DNA of 64,000 bases from an uncultured Acetatifactor sp. (lineage in GTDB: Bacteria; Bacillota; Clostridia; Lachnospirales; Lachnospiraceae). Position numbers and translations under genes: made by a program. The notes under the pieces are model-generated. The model was not told the origin of the DNA. It did not search any database and was given only the letters and a program-made list of their open reading frames with translations. The stretch covers positions 43,276 through 107,275 of the forward strand of contig CAJUIA010000011.1 of NCBI GenBank assembly GCA_910586485.1, given 5' to 3'. This document shows, piece after piece, positions 60,379 to 64,000 of the stretch (positions are counted from its first letter, which is position 1; each line of letters opens with the position of its first letter).

Positions 60379-61929
60379 TTATATGGATTCAAACACAAAA
60401 TAGTCCGCCGAAATTTTACCCTCCTGCCTGCCCTGCCCGTTCAGGGCAAACAGTCCTGCCTTCACGCCCACCCAGCGGCCCGGCGCCGCCTGCACGGTTC
60501 TCCCTGCCGCCTGAAAATGCTCGCCGTCCGTGCTGACTTCGAAGAAGACATCCTCCGCCCCTTTTACCCTCATACGGAAATACATGTGCTCCCCGGTCGG
60601 AATCTCCAGTGTCTCCCTGACCTCATCCGCCTTTTCCAAATTGCCCGTTCTCTGCTGCAGGGTAAGCTTCCCGCCCTTTTTGCATACTGCAAGAGCTGTG
60701 TAACACCCTCCCAGGGACACCATGCCAGCCACATCACCTTCCGACATCTGCCCGAAATGCAGACTAGCCGTAATCTGAAATTCCGGCGCCGGCCACTTTT
60801 GAAGCAGCAGATTGCTCACGTCACAAAGCTGCGCGGCCTCTTCAACAGGCTGCGCATACAGCGTCAGCCCCTCTTTCCCCATATGGTACCAGCCTTCCTC
60901 ATGATTCCCGTTCCACTGCCACTGCAGTCCCAGCCGCGTCCCATCGAAAAGATCGCTGTCCTCCGGCGCATCGGGGGGACAGACACAGCCTGTCTCCGGC
61001 TTTTTGTGGCGCAGCACAGGTTCTCCACAGCCCTCCACGTCATTTACACCAATCACCGGCCAGTCATCCTCCCAGCGCATGGGCTGCAGGTGAATAATCC
61101 TCCCCGGATTTCCCACATCCTGAAAGTGCAGAAACCAGTCCTCGCCGGAGGGCGTATCCACCCATGCTCCCTGATGAGGCCCGTTTACGGGAGAGCCTCC
61201 CTGGCGCAGTACAATTTTTTCCTCATAGGGCCCGTAAATATTCTTAGAGCGCAGTACGGTCTGCCAGCCCTCCTTCACTCCCCCTGCCGGTGCAAATATG
61301 TAATAATACCCATTCCGCTTGTACAGCTTGGGTCCCTCGATGGTGGGCTGGGTAGCGTGGCCGTCATAAACGAACTGTCCGTCGTCCAGCACGCCGGAGC
61401 AGTCCGGTTTTATGGGGGAAATATAAAGATAGCTCTTAAAGCCGATGCGGCTTCTGGCAAAGGCATTCACCATGTATGCCTTTCCGTCATCATCCCAAAA
61501 GGGGCAGGGATCAATCCAGCCAACCGTCTTTTTTATAAATTCCGGCTCACTCCACTTTCCCCAGGGATCCTTTGTCCGGCACACCACGATCCCTTCGTCC
61601 GGCAGCGGAATGAAGGCATAGTAAATGCCCTCATGAAAGCGAATGGAAGGCGCCCATGCCCCGCAGCCGTGCCTTACCTTCTCATATCCCTCATAAGGAA
61701 AATTCTCCATGATATAATTAATCACCTTCCAGTTTACCAGATCCTTGGAGTGCAGCAGCGGCACCGCCGGCGTATTACAAAAGCTGGAGGCTATCATGAA
61801 AAAATCTTCCCCCACCCTGATAGCATCCGGATCCGAATAATCCGTATACAAAATCGGATTACTGTATGTGCCGTCTCCCTGATCCGCTATCCACATTTTT
61901 TTAATCTGTGACTTATCCATACTAACCAT
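60379..61929 (-). CDS. GH43 beta-xylosidase/arabinofuranosidase
   Basis: NPIL..DYSDPD, HSKDLVNW, WAPSI, IDP.PFWDDDG, IEGPK, PHQG. Confidence 0.93.
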   Translation of the reverse strand: MVSMDKSQIKKMWIADQGDGTYSNPILYTDYSDPDAIRVGEDFFMIASSFCNTPAVPLLHSKDLVNWKVINYIMENFPYEGYEKVRHGCGAWAPSIRFHEGIYYAFIPLPDEGIVVCRTKDPWGKWSEPEFIKKTVGWIDPCPFWDDDGKAYMVNAFARSRIGFKSYLYISPIKPDCSGVLDDGQFVYDGHATQPTIEGPKLYKRNGYYYIFAPAGGVKEGWQTVLRSKNIYGPYEEKIVLRQGGSPVNGPHQGAWVDTPSGEDWFLHFQDVGNPGRIIHLQPMRWEDDWPVIGVNDVEGCGEPVLRHKKPETGCVCPPDAPEDSDLFDGTRLGLQWQWNGNHEEGWYHMGKEGLTLYAQPVEEAAQLCDVSNLLLQKWPAPEFQITASLHFGQMSEGDVAGMVSLGGCYTALAVCKKGGKLTLQQRTGNLEKADEVRETLEIPTGEHMYFRMRVKGAEDVFFEVSTDGEHFQAAGRTVQAAPGRWVGVKAGLFALNGQGRQEGKISADYFVFESI

Positions 61930-61938
61930 ACCTTTCCG

Positions 61939-63207
61939 CTATTGTTTTGTGTACTCCACCGACTCATCCACGTTCCAGGGCTCTTCCCCTCCCGCGGAAT
62001 TTAAATAATTCTGCACTCTCACATTGCGGAACACCACATTTTTCGCATTCCGCATATAAATTCCCTCCCGGCACATGGGAGGAAGATCCTCCATCATGCC
62101 CGGATGCCCGCTCTCCGCGCCTTCCTTCATCCTTATGCTGCAGTCGGAAATGCTTACATTTTCCACCGGCATCTCCGGAAGCCCGTAGAAAAATCCTGCC
62201 GCCGCGGAAGCATCGGTCACCATACAGCCCTGAATCTGAATGTTTCGAATGGACGGGGTGGAGCTGTCCACCTCATGTGCAAGCTTATCCTTATAACTGC
62301 CGCCGTTCATCCCGCATCTGTAGTACATGTTAAACACAAAGGGACACAGCACCCGGTCCATCATCACATTGGAAATCAATATACTCTCCATGGACCCGCC
62401 TCTCCCTCTCCTGGTCTTTACCCGGATTCCCCGGTCCGTGTCCTGAAAAACACAGTTGGAAATCACCACATTGCGCACTCCGCCGCTCATTTCGCTCCCG
62501 ATGACCACGCCTCCATGCCCGTGAACCATATTGCAGTTGGTTATGGTAATATTCTCACAGGGCATTTTTACCGGCGTGTCCTCCGTACCGGACTTTAAGG
62601 TGATACAATCATCCCCCACATCCACAAGGCAGTCCGCTATCCTGACATTACAACAGCCGTCCGGATTGATTCCGTCCGTATTGGGCGAATCCTTGGGATT
62701 GCGGATGGTAATCCCTCTGATTTCCACATCACTGCAGTACAGCGGATGAACCGTCCAGACCGGAGAATTCACCAGCTTAACATCAAGCACCTTCACATGA
62801 CTGCATCGTTCAAAGCAGACGAGAAAGGGACGGCCCTGGGGAATATTTTTCCTGTTTTCCCACCAGTAATCCCCCTGCCCGTTCAGCATCCCCTGCCCGC
62901 AGAGTGTCACATTCTCCGCATCATGAGCATAAATACAGGGCATGCTCAGAGCTTCCTGCTTCCCTTCAAATTCCGAATGGACTACCCTGTAACCCTGCCA
63001 GTTCTGCAGGAATCTGATTTCCGCTCCCGCTTCCAGATATAAGGTCATATTACTTTTTAACTCAATGGAATAGGTCTCATAAATACCGGGCGCCACCAGA
63101 ATCGTCCCTCCCTGTTCCCGCTCCAGTGCGGCCACGGCCTCTTCAAAAGCGCCGCTCCAGCCCCTCTCTGAAGTAAAAAAAGCTTCAAAGTCTTTTATAT
63201 TTTTCAT
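61939..63207 (-). CDS. GH28 polygalacturonase family
   Basis: NTDG, GDD, GHG, IGSE, RVKT motifs. Confidence 0.93.
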   Translation of the reverse strand: MKNIKDFEAFFTSERGWSGAFEEAVAALEREQGGTILVAPGIYETYSIELKSNMTLYLEAGAEIRFLQNWQGYRVVHSEFEGKQEALSMPCIYAHDAENVTLCGQGMLNGQGDYWWENRKNIPQGRPFLVCFERCSHVKVLDVKLVNSPVWTVHPLYCSDVEIRGITIRNPKDSPNTDGINPDGCCNVRIADCLVDVGDDCITLKSGTEDTPVKMPCENITITNCNMVHGHGGVVIGSEMSGGVRNVVISNCVFQDTDRGIRVKTRRGRGGSMESILISNVMMDRVLCPFVFNMYYRCGMNGGSYKDKLAHEVDSSTPSIRNIQIQGCMVTDASAAAGFFYGLPEMPVENVSISDCSIRMKEGAESGHPGMMEDLPPMCREGIYMRNAKNVVFRNVRVQNYLNSAGGEEPWNVDESVEYTKQ

Positions 63208-64000
63208 AAGCCTGCTTTTCCTCCCTGTACTCAAAATACCGGAACACTCCAAGGCAGTCCTGATCCCCTGCATACACATACAATCCCACCATGGCGCCCG
63301 TAAACCGCTTTCCCTTCTTCAAGCCCTCACTGCAAAGGTAATATACATTTTCCAGAGTACATACCGGCCGAAGCTCTCCGGCCTCCGTCCGGTACAGGAA
63401 ACGCCTTGTCAGCCCTCTGGTCTCCACACCCAGCCGAAGCGGCTGCTTTAAACTGATTTCCCCTGCCCGAAACACTCTGTCCTCGTCTCCGATATGCTCC
63501 TTTACCATCAGCTCCGCCGCCCCTTCCGCGCCCACAGCCCCAAAGCACACCCAGGTATTTTCATCATAGTAACAGGTCAGGCCGATCTCCTGCCCCGGCC
63601 CTAACTTAAGGCTCTCAATTTCTGTCCAGGCATCAAAGTCAAAAGCCGTCTGCCTGCGCAGCAGAATATTGCGGGCCTCTACCCTGGATAAAGGGAAACG
63701 GCTCCCCTTTAAGAAAAGTCTGCCCCCGCTGAAACAGATACCGTCCTGATCCGGCTCTCTGGGCGTCATCCATTCCCCGGAAAGCTGCGGCCCCCGGAAG
63801 TCATCTCTCCATATACCGCCGTTTCGCAGCTTCTCATCTTCACCGGCAGCCTCCTGCAGCTTTGGCTTTTTCTGCGGTGCGGCAGCCTCCCCCGGCCCCG
63901 GCTTTTTCTGCGGTGCGGCAGCCTCCCCCAGCCCCGGCTTCTTCTGCAGCACGCTGGGGCCCTGCAGGCCGTTTACAATGGGCCAGCCGTCCGCCGTCCA
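63185..64000 (-). CDS. GH43-family hydrolase, C-terminal part (5' end beyond the window)
   Basis: W..DGWPIVN, C-terminal beta-sandwich RRQTAF, FTGAMVGLY, F.YFEY. Confidence 0.8.
   Translation of the reverse strand, partial: WTADGWPIVNGLQGPSVLQKKPGLGEAAAPQKKPGPGEAAAPQKKPKLQEAAGEDEKLRNGGIWRDDFRGPQLSGEWMTPREPDQDGICFSGGRLFLKGSRFPLSRVEARNILLRRQTAFDFDAWTEIESLKLGPGQEIGLTCYYDENTWVCFGAVGAEGAAELMVKEHIGDEDRVFRAGEISLKQPLRLGVETRGLTRRFLYRTEAGELRPVCTLENVYYLCSEGLKKGKRFTGAMVGLYVYAGDQDCLGVFRYFEYREEKQAYEKYKRL
63845..63948 (-). repeat. 36-bp coding tandem repeat in GH43 linker
   Basis: QKKPG(L/P)GEAAAP units, about 2.8 copies. Confidence 0.85.

Noticed and set aside
60517..61911. 464-aa plus-strand ORF
   Set aside because: Antisense shadow of the GH43 gene; no RBS or recognisable motifs.

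Overview
Chromosomal window from a flagellated, spore-forming Firmicute, most likely Lachnospiraceae. This is inferred from the flagellin type, spoIIM/ytvI/SASP, pectin GH28/GH43/GH105 genes and gene order. About 1-10 kb is a layered mobile region. It holds the right end of a Tn4451-like element (DnaC-like ATPase, TnpW-like protein, large serine recombinase) and a complete three-gene DDE transposon (2981-6049, TG..CA ends, 6-bp ATAAAT target duplication) that splits an XRE regulator gene. It also holds a Ser/Thr kinase and membrane-protein cargo module and an integrase remnant. The most notable system is at 10.2-17 kb: a ~1-kb segment flanked by 32-bp inverted recombination-like sites (31/32 identical) that carries its own tyrosine recombinase and a near-consensus sigma28 promoter. 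It sits directly upstream of an apparently promoterless csrA-like / flagellin / GT2 / GT11 gene run. This looks like a Hin-like flagellar phase-variation switch, read here in the OFF orientation, and the recombinase has an apparent premature amber codon. The rest is mostly housekeeping: tig-clpP-clpX-engB-ytvI, pyrH-frr-uppS-cdsA-dxr-rseP, DAHP synthase, spoIIM, recA-recX-rny and pectin/xylan hydrolases. It also contains several palindromic intergenic elements, a candidate ~180-nt ncRNA and an internally deleted histidine kinase. All calls come from reading motifs by eye; no database searches were run.
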